NCBI RefSeq assembly: GCF_001194135.2
Contig: NC_068995.1
Coordinates: 11,924,325-11,988,324 of the forward strand
DNA length: 64,000 nucleotides
DNA from: Octopus bimaculoides
Lineage: Eukaryota
Reading direction: 5' to 3'
Shown here: one piece after another, positions 13,761 through 26,136 of the stretch
Numbering within the stretch: the first letter of the stretch is position 1
Layout: each line of letters starts with the position of its first letter
Notes under the pieces: model-generated
Told to the model about the DNA's origin: nothing
What the model saw: the letters and a program-made list of their open reading frames with translations, nothing else
The model's database searches: none
Program-made: the position numbers and the translations under genes

Positions 13761-14029
13761 AGAACACCACAGAACAAACACTACTATACTACCGTCGTAA
13801 AAACAGTGCCCCACCCCCAGCTCAGTCTAGACAAACATAGAATTCGCATGTCAGCAGCACCAATAAATAATCTTGTTAGATCTAAACATTGTGAGATACG
13901 TTACGCGTTTAACGATAAGGACAGACGAACATGTGTTGTGTACCTCTTGCAATCGGGTTCATCTCGTTCGTCTCTGTCGTGGCTACAGCCAGAAGTTGCA
14001 TCTTTATGATCCAAAGAGGGGACTTGTTC

Positions 14030-14225
14030 TGTATGCGGTTACTGGCTTTGCTAGAAATAGCAGTCAAGTCTCTTTTTCATACCATATACTAACGACTTAA
14101 AGAAAAGGACGACATCAGATATTCTGGTCAATGTTGTGAGGCCGGAATGTTTTATGGCCGGAACGTCTTTGTAATCACAGGTTTGATTACTCGACCAGGG
14201 CTGACTCGAGTTTAAACAACAACTA
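14030..14225 (+). mobile_element. SINE family D
   Basis: gctagaaatagcagtcaagtctc...cagggctgactcgagtttaaacaacaac; shares ends with 14425-14650, 43990-44150 and 52205-52400. Confidence 0.65.
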
Positions 14226-14424
14226 CAAAGCAACCGCAACAAGAACAAAAACAACAACTAGTACTAAAGTCATACTGGAACATACTGCACGACGAAGGAA
14301 AATGTAGCGTGTCCCCTAGACCACACTGGACCCTATGATTGCCATTTGACTTTGTCTGTGTCTCTTGTCGGCTGTCTGATTAATGTTCAGCAGATCTACT
14401 ACAGCAACAATATAATAGCAACAA

Positions 14425-14650
14425 AGCGGATGAAGAAGGAGCCTATATCCAGTCACTCAACCTGCTAGAAATAGCAACCAAATCTCCCTAACGCCACATC
14501 TTATTAGCTTAAATGTTTGGAGAATTCATTGGGTAACACAATCCTGGACACTAGGCCTCAAAACAATACGTTGAATTGATAAAGGCTGGAATGCATTTTA
14601 TCAGATGCCTCCTTTACGAGAGCTGACTCGAAATATGCAACAACAACAAC
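14425..14650 (+). mobile_element. SINE family D
   Basis: cagtcactcaacctgctagaaatagcaaccaaatctccc...ggctggaatgcatt...gagctgactcgaaatatgcaacaacaacaac (CAA tail). Confidence 0.65.
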
Positions 14651-14946
14651 GACAAGAATATTTCATTACTCTAAATTTAGAATAATTACAATTATTCTCA
14701 GCGGCATCATTCTAAATACAAAAATATTCTAGTGATTAAATGTTAATTATACCTGATTATTTAATCACTGTTAAAACCTATATAGGGCAAGAATGACAGT
14801 TCCTTATTTTTTTTAGTCGCGGAAGTTTAACCACGAATCGCCTTAATTAACTTAATACAATCATTGACAGTATGATTATTGGCCTAAAATATACATGGCT
14901 TAATTTAGAAATTATTCCCCCCAGCCCGCGCGTTTATATTGTTTCG

Positions 14947-15362
14947 GTGGGTATGTGGTAAGAAGTTTGCTTCCATGCAAATTTGGTTTCAGGTTCAGTC
15001 CCATTGCATGACACCTTGAATAAATAGACAATTTCTTTCTATTCTAATAGATTTAAAAAAAATAATTCAATACACGAAAATGGTAAACGGAAACTGAGTG
15101 AAGCCCGTCGTCTATGCATATATATGTATGTGTCTGTGTGTGTGTGTGTTTATGTGTTTGTTCTCCACCAATATCGCTTGACAACCGATGCTGGTGTGCT
15201 TACGTCCCTGTAACTTAGCGATTCGGCAAAAGAGACTGATAGAATAAGAACTAGGCTTACAAAGAATAAGTCCTAGGGTCGATTTTCTCGACTAAAGGCG
15301 GGGCTCCAGCATGACCACAGTCAAATGACTGAAACAAGTAAAAGAATAAAAGAATTAAAGAA
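14947..15362 (+). mobile_element. SINE family A, near full length
   Basis: tRNA-like head (gtggtaagaagtttgcttcc...caggttcagtccc), CORE-like gacaccttg, internal (TA/TG) microsatellite, 3' body and AAAGAAT tail. Confidence 0.85.
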
Positions 15363-15369
15363 TCTTCTA

Positions 15370-15502
15370 TAATCAAATATGATTAGGATTTGTATAAAAA
15401 AAAAATGGGGAAACTATTTTGTGTATTGTAGAATTACAACGAATTTATTACACATGAATTTTAACAACACAATTTGATATGGACCCCCAAAGGTCATATG
15501 AA
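15370..15502. mobile_element. hAT-like MITE, partial (one end)
   Basis: ttttgtgtattgtagaatt...atatggacccccaaaggtcatatgaacctcagttaagagc is similar to 9600-9711. Confidence 0.45.
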
Positions 15503-15699
15503 CCTCAGTTAAGAGCTAATGTCGTTGAGTGCCGTTTGATGTATACTTATGTATTGATCACTTAGAAGCTGCTTAGTCGCCTTCCTTGCATGCAGACTGT
15601 TGGAGGCAATGAGTATTACTCGAGGTATGTAGTTAGCGATCAGAACATTTGAACTCATCGATGAAAGACAACAAAACAATCGTAGATTTTACAGAGATC

Positions 15700-15959
15700 C
15701 TACCTCTGTATTTTAGACAAGAAAGAAAAAAAGAACAGAAAGAAAGAATGAAAAAAAACAGAAAGAAAGAGAGAAGTGGGAGAAAGATATACGGGAAAGA
15801 GAGAGAGACGAAGAAGACGAGTGAGAGGGGAAAGACAAAGGATAAGAGAGAGAGCGCGAGGGAGATGGAAAAGGCGAGTGAAAGGAGGAGATAAAGGATG
15901 GGAGACGGTGAGAGAGAGAGAGGAAGAGAGAGAGAGAGAGCGAGAGAGAGAGAGAGAGA

Positions 15960-15999
<40 letters not shown>

Positions 16000-16050
16000 T
16001 AGAAGAGGATATAGAGGAAGAGATACAATAAAAAGAAGAAATAAACAATG
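15700..16050. repeat. Polypurine / (GA)n low-complexity tract
   Basis: About 350 bp nearly all A/G on the + strand. Confidence 0.9.
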
Positions 16051-17623
16051 AAATAAAAAAATTAGAAAACTCATCCACCATTAACTGCGGCCAGAGGTGT
16101 CGATTCGGTTTCTATTCTTTGTAGAAGCCATTTCATTTGACATGCGTCACTAATGTTGGACAAGCAGTATTTAAACGTAAGGAATATATGTCAGAAAGTC
16201 GAAAAATGCCATTTATATTTGCTAAAAACACACACACAAAAAATACAAAAACAAAAACAAAAAAACTAAAGAAAAAGGAATGGCGGTTAAGTGACATAGT
16301 GTGTTTCTCATTACATTAATGTGTATTTTATTCCTATTTCTGGAGCTGCGGAGTGTCTACTAGAGCGTTTCATCTGTAAACATTGACTGCATACACCTAC
16401 CCTTTAAGTGTTTGTCTAACGATATTCGAGGTGAGAACTGTGTTTCTAGGATATGTTTGAAGGAGGAAATAGCTATTGGTGACGTTGTTGTTATTATTAT
16501 AAACTGTAAGTAGGTGGTGGGGCAGAATTGGTAAAGTGTCTAAATAAATAAATGTCTTTTAGTATTTAGTTCCCAGCCTCTCTACAAGCTGGGTTGAAAT
16601 TTCAACATGGCCGGTTTTCACTTTTCATTCCACTCGTGTTCGATACATTAAGCAGCAGACTACACTGGGAAGAATCCAAACAAAGATACTTTTACCATAC
16701 ACATGATTCATCTACTTGTCATTGTTGGTTATTTTATTTATTTATTTTTTTTTGGCTTTGCCTTTTTGTTTTATTTTCCTTCTGTATTTGCAGCGACCTC
16801 CCAGTTATAATTTGAAAAGAAAGCTGAAACAAATATAATCCAGTCGTGACGATCCAGTCTTTTATTTAGGCACAGCACATGCATCATTTTCTTTCCTTTT
16901 TCTCAACCTTTGAAATAGTCGAATATACGTTTATTGAGATGTGACTGCCATTTCTAGCAGATTAATGATATACTTGACTTACAGATGTTTCCTTTCGTTA
17001 TTGCCAGAGCTGTTGTGTTTGTTTTTGCCATTTAATGCTCAGCCCGTCACTGATTAACAGTTCGACTTTATTATGATGTTCTAGCCTTGACGGTTATATC
17101 AATTATCCAGAGATAAAGAGAAGCAGCAACGTATGTTTAATATTCTAAGATGTTAAGAGGGTGGCTGTATGGTAGATTGGGTACCATTTCTCGCAAAGTA
17201 AGCAACATGTAGAGAATTAATCGCCAGCACATTTGTTTCGTTGTGTATGCGAGTTATTCAAATAGACACACATAGAAAAGTCCCGAGGTACAGACGACAA
17301 TACGTAAAATGATACTAAATGGTAATTGGGAAAAGGAAGGGCTTGAAATTTATGATATAAATATATAAACACATACATACAGATACACATTGACATACAC
17401 AAACATGAGCGTGCACGCACACACATGTATATGTTTATTTATTTACGTTGATATCGAATAATGAGAGTAAATGCTCAACACCGTATGAAACTATCGGTAG
17501 CCTTGTTAACCAACAAACACAGAATGTATGTGTGTGTATATATATAATGGGGAAGGCCAGTTTATGTGATTATCTAAGGTTTCCCACCCGTAAAGGGCGT
17601 ATCTTTATGGCATATCGTCAGAT

Positions 17624-17661
<38 letters not shown>

Positions 17662-18049
17662 TCGCTTTTTCTCATACATAGTAGTCTAGTTTATAGTTAT
17701 AACCTGACCGAATAAAAGAATACTATCAGAAAACTAAGACTGATATATTTCTTGAACTCTCTGAGGCATGAGACTCTTTCGTTATGCAAGACACATTTAT
17801 CCTATTTCATTGTAGTTGACCTGACTATAGGAATTACCTGATATCGTATCTTTGGGGAATATTGTCTGTGAACTTTACTTCAGGGTTTTTCTTCTTTGTC
17901 GGATTTACGCCGTGGTATAGAAACGGAACGGCGGATATATGTCTAGGGACTTCTCGAGTTTTTCTGAAACATATCTAATTTCAGAAGTGTTGCTTAGTGC
18001 AGTTAATAATGGATTACAATCATAATCTCTAATTACCAGGTTTGTTAAC

Positions 18050-18320
18050 TTGATGCATAGGGAGCTGAGTATGCCACAGTTACATGAACCCTTTATACAA
18101 TTCTAGGTAGAATCAGCCGGACAATGTCTGATCAGGCTGTACTGCTAGTTTACATGAACGATCCATCAGACAGGCTTGTAAACAATTTTCGTCAGGCCGA
18201 TTTTACGCCCAACGTACAGATCTACCCGAAGTTTTGTTACGAAGAGGCCACACACAGAGTGGGATCGAACTGAGTATCTCAATTGCTAAATAAATTTCTG
18301 AACCATACAATTACATTATG
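18050..18320 (-). mobile_element. tRNA-derived SINE related to family C, diverged
   Basis: Reverse B-box (gtgggatcgaactg); the body shares aagggt...gtgg...ctcagc with the family C copy at 43114-43506. Confidence 0.5.
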
Positions 18321-18799
18321 TCCATGAATATTTTGATAAATATTTTTCTGTACTACGTCGACCCATAGCGAAGAGAAACATTTTCAAAGGGATTCCAGGA
18401 AAGACTTATATCAGATTTATTTTGTTTACCCTGCAATCTTATATACTAAATGAAAGGTCCTGATGTTGTTGTCTCTACTCACTACGTTATTTCACTTTTG
18501 CTGTATTTCAGTCAGGTCATGACAACCTGACCCTGTATAAATTCCTTTTGAAAAACAATCTGTACATGCACACGCAGTTGATTTGTTGGAGCGGCTGTAG
18601 TCTATTGAACTGAATATAGTAAATATTTACTGCAGACCAGTGGTGGGATAAAACGCTAGGTCAAATCTGACTCGAGGGATTTGAACTCGATCATTAATTA
18701 AGAAACATTAATTGCTGATCAGCACGTTACTCTCTTTGCCACACTTCCAAACTGGCAACAGTATCGTAATAAATTGCATTCAGATAATAGCAATAATAA

Positions 18800-19012
18800 C
18801 TCTTCCAATTATAAGTACAAGACTTGAAATTTGCTGGGAGTGATATCGCCGCTCACCTCAACATTAGTGCGTAAATGATTTTTATTTCGTCGACCCCCGA
18901 ATGGATGAAATACAAAGTCGACCTCGGCGGGATTTGATCTCAGAAGGTAATGACGGATGAAATAATGCTAAGCACCTTGTTCAGTGTGCTAACAATTCTG
19001 CCAGTTTGCTAT
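18800..19012 (-). mobile_element. SINE family B
   Basis: tcgacccccgaatggatgaaatacaaagtcgacctcggcgggatttgatctcagaag...gtgctaacaattctgccag. Confidence 0.8.
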
Positions 19013-19014
19013 TT

Positions 19015-19057
19015 TGATGATGATGATGATGATGATGATAATAATAATAATAATAAT

Positions 19058-19113
<56 letters not shown>

Positions 19114-19154
19114 TGATGTTGATGATGACGATGACGATGATGATGATGATGGTG

Positions 19155-19203
<49 letters not shown>

Positions 19204-19222
19204 TGTTGATGATGACGATGAC

Positions 19223-19271
<49 letters not shown>

Positions 19272-19272
19272 T
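19015..19272. repeat. Compound (GAT)n/(AAT)n microsatellite with an 87-bp higher-order duplication
   Basis: The variant block gttgatgatgacgatgacgat occurs at 19118 and 19205. Confidence 0.9.
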
Positions 19273-19450
19273 TTTAAATTTTGGTAGAAGACAAGCAATT
19301 TCGAAGGATGGGATAAGTCGATTGCATCGACCCCAATACACAACTGGTATTTATTTTATCCACTCTTAAGTATGAAACACAAAATCGACCTCAGCGGATT
19401 CTAAACTCAGATCGCAAATACGTTCGAAATGCCACTGATCATTTTGTCCG
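19272..19450 (-). mobile_element. SINE family B
   Basis: ttttaaattttggtagaagacaagcaatttcgaaggatgggataagtcgattgcatcgacccc...aaatcgacctcagcggattctaaactcag. Confidence 0.75.
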
Positions 19451-19469
19451 GTACAACACTCCAGCACAT

Positions 19470-19720
19470 GGGTTTGTTTTGGATGGGCGTTGTTGGCGAA
19501 GGTTACACGAGGTCTGAATGCAATTTCTGTCGCAACCTCTTTTCTTTGCCTGCTACGACACGCGGAAAACACGTTGACTTGCCGGTCCCCACACAGCACT
19601 TGAGCAACATGAAAAGAATCACTATGCTCAAGACACAACATGCCGCCCGGTACAGAAATCGAAACCACGACCTGGCGATCATGTGTGCAACACCAGGGCC
19701 ACTAAATCACTCACCTTCAG
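19470..19720 (-). mobile_element. tRNA-derived SINE, family E-like
   Basis: Reverse tRNA head (cagaaatcgaaaccacgacctggcgatcatgtgtgcaacacc) followed by ctcaagacacaac, similar to the head of 52885-53212. Confidence 0.6.
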
Positions 19721-20139
19721 AGTATGATATAATTTTTATGATGACACGTCTGGTATTTCTAGCGCATAGCCCGACCGGAAAGAGGTAATATAGTGTAATA
19801 TAGTGTAATACAGTGCAAATTAGTGACACAAATTATTCCCATATGTTCTTTCTACATGTCAATGTGTATGTCTGCTACAGAAGCTATATCGATATTATCA
19901 TATAAACCGCAGCTACAGAAAATAAACATGATCCTGCTTGTGTTTTCTTACGAATTGTTTATAATTTCCTATCCCTTTTCGTGATACTTAAGTCGTTCTA
20001 TCAGAGCGGCAGGTTAGAAATATCGGTACGACATTGTTTATTAAAACATTTAGCTGAAACGACAGTTTATATATTAAATACAGTCAGCCATTGTTTCTAT
20101 ATTAACCTTAATCCATTGACGTCCTTTAAATCTAATTTT

Positions 20140-20330
20140 CTACGTTATTGTTTCAAACATTGGAATGAGGCGATGTTGGGGCAACGCCTTTGAAAGGTCT
20201 TTTTTGACGAACAAGTCGACACGAGTACTTATTTTAAACATTGGTATGTAATCTGTGCTTTCCAATTGGTGAATGTCTACATTACGAGGACGAAAACACA
20301 CCGACACCGGTTATCAAGCGGTATTAGTTT
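20140..20330 (-). mobile_element. SINE family A, diverged 3' half
   Basis: aacgcctttgaaagg...gacgaacaagtcgacacgagtactt...aaaacacaccgacaccggttatcaagcgg. Confidence 0.6.
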
Positions 20331-20360
20331 GTTTAAGGTTTGAAATGGTTTTTTTCTCTA

Positions 20361-21003
20361 GTAGGAGTGGCTTTGTGGTAAGTAGCTTGGGTTCAGTCCC
20401 TCTGCGTGGCACCTTGGGCAAGTGTCTTCTGCTATAGCCTCGGGCCGACAAAAGCCTTGTGAGTGGATTTGGTTGACGGAAACTGAAAGAGGCCCGTCGT
20501 ATATATGTATATGTATTTATATATGTGTGTTTGTTTGTCTGTGTTTGTCCCCCCCCCCCAACATCGCTTGACAACCGATGCTGGNNNNNNNNNNNNNNNN
20601 NNNNNNNNNNNNNNNNNNNNNNNNNNNNNNNNNNNNNNNNNNNNNNNNNNNNNNNNNNNNNNNNNNNNNNNNNNNNNNNNNNNNNNNNNNNNNNNNNNNN
20701 NNNNNNNNNNNNNNNNNNNNNNNNNNNNNNNNNNNNNNNNNNNNNNNNNNNNNNNNNNNNNNNNNNNNNNNNNNNNNNNNNNNNNNNNNNNNNNNNNNNN
20801 NNNNNNNNNNNNNNNNNNNNNNNNNNNNNNNNNNNNNNNNNNNNGTGTTTACATCCCCGTAACTTAGCGGTTCGGCAAAAGAGACCGATAGAATAAGTAC
20901 TAGGCTTACAAAGAATAAGTACTGAGGTCGATTTGCTCGACTAAAGGCGGTGCTCCAGCATGGCCTCAGTCAAATGTCTGAAACAAGTAAAGGAGTAAAA
21001 GAG
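20361..21003 (+). mobile_element. SINE family A, full length and young, split by an N-gap
   Basis: Head gtaggagtggctttgtggtaagtagcttgggttcagtccc, CORE-like ggcaccttgggcaagtgtctt, internal microsatellite, 3' body and tail gactgaaacaagtaaaggagtaaaagag. Confidence 0.9.
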
Positions 21004-21014
21004 TAGTGGTGGTG

Positions 21015-21190
21015 GTGTGCTAGTCGTTTCCATCGAACCTAGTGCTCAACTGGTACCTATTTCATTGACCCCGAAATAATCTAAGACAGAGTCAATCGAC
21101 CTCGGTGGAATTTATACTCACAACGTATAGACGAACGAAATGTCGCTGAAGATTTTGTCCGGCAGGAGAACAATTCTACCAGTTCACCGT
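21015..21190 (-). mobile_element. SINE family B
   Basis: ccatcgaacctagtgctcaactggtacctatttcattgaccccgaa...tcgacctcggtggaatttatactcacaacgta...aacaattctaccagttcaccg. Confidence 0.75.
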
Positions 21191-24062
21191 TTTTTACGAA
21201 GTCTCAAGTGATGAAGATAAAATTGGATTCGTTACAAAAATAGTTAATTAAACGGAGTAAACTCATCTGGCATTATTTTATTTGCTATGTAATCTCATAT
21301 CACATTTTTGTGACAAATAATGTCATTCAGTACTTGTTTACAGCAAAATCACAGCATCACTAAACTAAGTTTAAGATGAGGAGAGAGAGAGAGAGAGAGA
21401 GAATAGATTTTCTGTGCAAATTCGGTGCAACAAATATTTTACGTTTCTTCTGTTTGAAAACACAGTCTCGTCAGTTTCCTCGCTGATAAGCATATCGGAA
21501 ATGTCCGTACATACATACATACATACATACATACATACATACATACATTCATGTAAGGTGGCTTTACATTTCGAGAAAAGCACTTCATGCGAAAAACGAG
21601 ACGGAGGAAAATCCAAGAGGAAAGGAAGACGGAGGGAAAAAATCGCCAACGATTCACATGTATATAATATATATATATATNNNNNNNNNNNNNNNNNNNN
21701 NNNNNNNNNNNNNNNNNNNNNNNNNNNNNNNNNNNNNNNNNNNNNNNNNNNNNNNNNNNNNNNNNNNNNNNNNNNNNNNNNNNNNNNNNNNNNNNNNNNN
21801 NNNNNNNNNNNNNNNNNNNNNNNNNNNNNNNNNNNNNNNNNNNNNNNNNNNNNNNNNNNNNNNNNNNNNNNNNNNNNNNNNNNNNNNNNNNNNNNNNNNN
21901 NNNNNNNNNNNNNNNNNNNNNNNNNNNNNNNNNNNNNNNNNNNNNNNNNNNNNNNNNNNNNNNNNNNNNNNNNNNNNNNNNNNNNNNNNNNNNNNNNNNN
22001 NNNNNNNNNNNNNNNNNNNNNNNNNNNNNNNNNNNNNNNNNNNNNNNNNNNNNNNNNNNNNNNNNNNNNNNNNNNNNNNNNNNNNNNNNNNNNNNNNNNN
22101 NNNNNNNNNNNNNNNNNNNNNNNNNNNNNNNNNNNNNNNNNNNNNNNNNNNNNNNNNNNNNNNNNNNNNNNNNNNNNNNNNNATATATATACATATATAT
22201 ATATAGTTGTATGTATGTATATATAGGCCCATCTTATTTTTAGATATCTTCGGTATTGATATCTTCCTGATGAAGGAAGCCGCTCTTAGTATAATATCTC
22301 TCTGAGACCATTTATTGTTGCATGTCTATGACGTCTTGCACGTTCTCTCAGCCAGTTATATACGATTATTATGTAATTCCAACCTTTCTAAAGCAGATTT
22401 CAAGTTAAAAAGAGCCATGCATTCTCTCTTTTGTCTTCTGTATTTTTCTGCTGTATATATATATATATACGCACTGTATATATATATATATACGCACTGT
22501 ATATTTGGTGTTAATTTGCTTCAGCTTTATATTACGTTAATCTTAATCTTATTTCGGCCAGAGTTCTTTCATCACACTTCTGTGACCTCATCAGTGGTCC
22601 TTTGTTTCCTTCTTTCTTATGTGTGTCTCACCTTGCTAACTATCAGCCATTTTGTATTTATATATATATATATACTACATACATATGCTAAAAGTTCATA
22701 ACAAACGTTATATACAGATATATAGACAGATAATTACGGATGTATATTTGAGCTTTTATGCGTGTGTGCATCTGTGGGTGTGTTAGTGTGTAAGTGCGTG
22801 TGTGTATATGTGGAAGTGTTTACTGTTGCGTATTCGACAACAATAATAAAAAAAAATGTCTTAACATATTTGCTTTGCTGTTGAGTACCTTACAGATTTA
22901 TGGGTCTCTTTCTGTCTTGTGACCGTTTGAAAGCTTTCCAACAGATTTATTAACCTCGCAAGTAATGAACAATAAAGACATACAGTCGCACACACACACA
23001 CACACACACACACACNNNNNNNNNNNNNNNNNNNNNNNNNNNNNNNNNNNNNNNNNNNNNNNNNNNNNNNNNNNNNNNNNNNNNNNNNNNNNNNNNNNNN
23101 NNNNNNNNNNNNNNNNNNNNNNNNNNNNNNNNNNNNNNNNNNNNNNNNNNNNNNNNNNNNNNNNNNNNNNNNNNNNNNNNNNNNNNNNNNNNNNNNNNNN
23201 NNNNNNNNNNNNNNNNNNNNNNNNNNNNNNNNNNNNNNNNNNNNNNNNNNNNNNNNNNNNNNNNNNNNNNNNNNNNNNNNNNNNNNNNNNNNNNNNNNNN
23301 NNNNNNNNNNNNNNNNNNNNNNNNNNNNNNNNNNNNNNNNNNNNNNNNNNNNNNNNNNNNNNNNNNNNNNNNNNNNNNNNNNNNNNNNNNNNNNNNNNNN
23401 NNNNNNNNNNNNNNNNNNNNNNNNNNNNNNNNNNNNNNNNNNNNNNNNNNNNNNNNNNNNNNNNNNNNNNNNNNNNNNNNNNNNNNNNNNNNNNNNNNNN
23501 NNNNNNNNNNNNNNNNNNNNNNNNNNNNNNNNNNNNNNNNNNNNNNNNNNNNNNNNNNNNNNNNNNNNNNNNNNNNNNNNNNNNNNNNNNNNNNNNNNNN
23601 NNNNNNNNNNNNNNNNNNNNNNNNNNNNNNNNNNNNNNNNNNNNNNNNNNNNNNNNNNNNNNNNNNNNNNNNNNNNNNNNNNNNNNNNNNNNNNNNNNNN
23701 NNNNNNNNNNNNNNNNNNNNNNNNNNNNNNNNNNNNNNNNNNNNNNNNNNNNNNNNNNNNNNNNNNNNNNNNNNNNNNNNNNNNNNNNNNNNNNNNNNNN
23801 NNNNNNNNNNNNNNNNNNNNNNNNNNNNNNNNNNNNNNNNNNNNNNNNNNNNNNNNNNNNNNNNNNNNNNNNNNNNNNNNNNNNNNNNNNNNNNNNNNNN
23901 NNNNNNNNNNNNNNNNNNNNNNNNNNNNNNNNNNNNNNNNNNNNNNNNNNNNNNNNNNNNNNNNNNNNNNNNNNNNNNNNNNNNNNNNNNNNNNNNNNNN
24001 NNNTATATATATTATTTATACTATTATCCGATTGAGCGCCACGTATCCGCTTCAAAGTATGT

Positions 24063-24100
<38 letters not shown>

Positions 24101-24727
24101 CACACATATATACGGTTTCTTTTATCCAACCATTTTGAACTGTCTTTTAGTGTAAACATCTCCCGTCTTACCCACTAAACAAAGCAGAAACACGCAAGCA
24201 TAAACAGACATATTCCCCACCACACATGCACACAAGTAAACAAGCATCTCTCTCATAAGTACACATTGTATGAGCATCATTTCTCTCCGAATATAACGTA
24301 ACCTGTAAGAATTTATGGTTGTGACAGTCATCACATTAAATCCTTCTCGTATACACGCCATCACCTTTAGCCAGAAAGCTGTAATATGTAAATATTATAT
24401 CAACGTTATGATATGTATAGATGGACAGTCATTCACTAATACGCTGCATTAAATGCAGCGAAGCGAGAAGGACACAGCTCGATTATGGAGACAGCCATGC
24501 TCCATCGAGTCGATCACGTATAAATATGAATATGTCAAGTGTGCGCCACAAGTCGCTAAATGTAAGTAGAGACATAGTTAAGATATTTGGAAATGGCGAC
24601 GAATAATGTATGTATGAAATGAATGATTCGGTACACCCCCACACACGCATGATTAATTATATACACATGAATACAAACGTAAGCACACATATATATATAT
24701 AAATAACTGTATAAAAAAATATATGTG

Positions 24728-24771
<44 letters not shown>

Positions 24772-25010
24772 CGTAAATGTATGCATTTAAGTTCATATAT
24801 ATACATCTATATATGTATTTATGTGTAATATACATACATTTTATGTTTTGTTCGCTAACATAAAAATATATGTTTATATAAATGTGTTTTTTGTATAACG
24901 TACATATATATATATGGAAATATATGTATGTAGACGTGTGAATATATGCATTTATAGACATGTAAATACCTATGCGCTCCTATAATTTATTATTCCATTA
25001 TATGTTTCAA

Positions 25011-25430
25011 GGCGGCGAGCTGGCAGAAACGTTAGCACACCGGGAGAAATGCTTAACGTGTTTCGTCTGTCTTTACGTTCTGAGTTCAAATTCTGCCGAG
25101 GTCGCCTTTGCATTTCGGGATCGATTAAATAAGTACCATCGCACCGGGGTCGTTGTAATAGACTTGATCCGTGTGTCTGTCCTTATTTGTCTCCTCTGTG
25201 TCTAGCCCCTTGTGGTCAGTAAAGAAATAAGAAACGTTAGCACACCGGGCGAAATGTTTAACGGTGTTTAGTCTGTCTTTACGTTCTGAGTTCAAATTTC
25301 GTCGAGGTTGACTTTGCCTTTTATGCTTTCGGGGTCGATAAATTAAGTACCAGTTGCGTACTGGGGTCGATCTGATCGACTGGCTCCTTCCACAAACATT
25401 TCTGGCATTGTGCTTAGTGAAGAAAAGATT
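25011..25430 (+). mobile_element. SINE family B dimer with 13-17 bp TSD
   Basis: Two monomers join at aaagaaata|agaaacgttag (25229/25230). attatatgtttca flanks both sides (24997-25009 and 25433-25445). Confidence 0.9.
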
Positions 25431-25627
25431 CTATTATATGTTTCAGCCCTAAGAATGTGCCCATGCTGAGATACCACCAGTGTATTCACCTTTTGATTGG
25501 CCAATTCTATGTGATTGGCTTTTGGTGCAGGGGTGAGTTGGCACAGCTGCTATATTTATATATTTACTAGCACAAACACTTATATCTGCATCTGCATAGA
25601 TATATAAACGTTTCTTTATCATATTCT

Positions 25628-25730
25628 GCTATTCTTTTACTTGTTTCAGTCGTTTTGACTGCGGCCATGATTGAGCACTGCCTTCCATTTTCTCCATGCT
25701 AGAGCAAATGGAACAAAAACTTGTTCTTTG
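25628..25730 (-). mobile_element. SINE family A, 3' tail fragment
   Basis: ttcttttacttgtttcagtcgttttgactgcggccatgattgagcactgcc. Confidence 0.7.
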
Positions 25731-26087
25731 TATATGTATATGTTTTTATATGTATATATATGTATGTATATATATGTATGGATATGTATGTATATATNNN
25801 NNNNNNNNNNNNNNNNNNNNNNNNNNNNNNNNNNNNNNNNNNNNNNNNNNNNNNNNNNNNNNNNNNNNNNNNNNNNNNNNNNNNNNNNNNNNNNNNNNNN
25901 NNNNNNNNNNATATATGTGTGTATATATATGTATGTATATTTATAATATGCTATCTATTAATAGTGAGAAATTTGTGGTTTTGGAGTATTAGCTTTTCTT
26001 TCTAGCAAGTGGTATACTTGTACTCCTACCTTATTTATTTGTATATTTTATCTATATATGATAAAGTTGCTGGCGAATTTATTATTG

Positions 26088-26136
<49 letters not shown>

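Noticed and set aside
18950-19369. 139-aa poly-Asp/Asn ORF
   Set aside because: Translation of the (GAT)/(AAT) microsatellite, with ends borrowed from flanking SINE-B copies.
24442-24460. Near-perfect 19-bp palindrome cgctgcatt-a-aatgcagcg
   Set aside because: Too short and isolated to distinguish from chance in 64 kb.
25490-25562. Two reverse CCAAT boxes plus a TATA-like tatatttata
   Set aside because: Such short motifs are expected by chance in AT-rich DNA, and there is no downstream exon or CpG-rich context.
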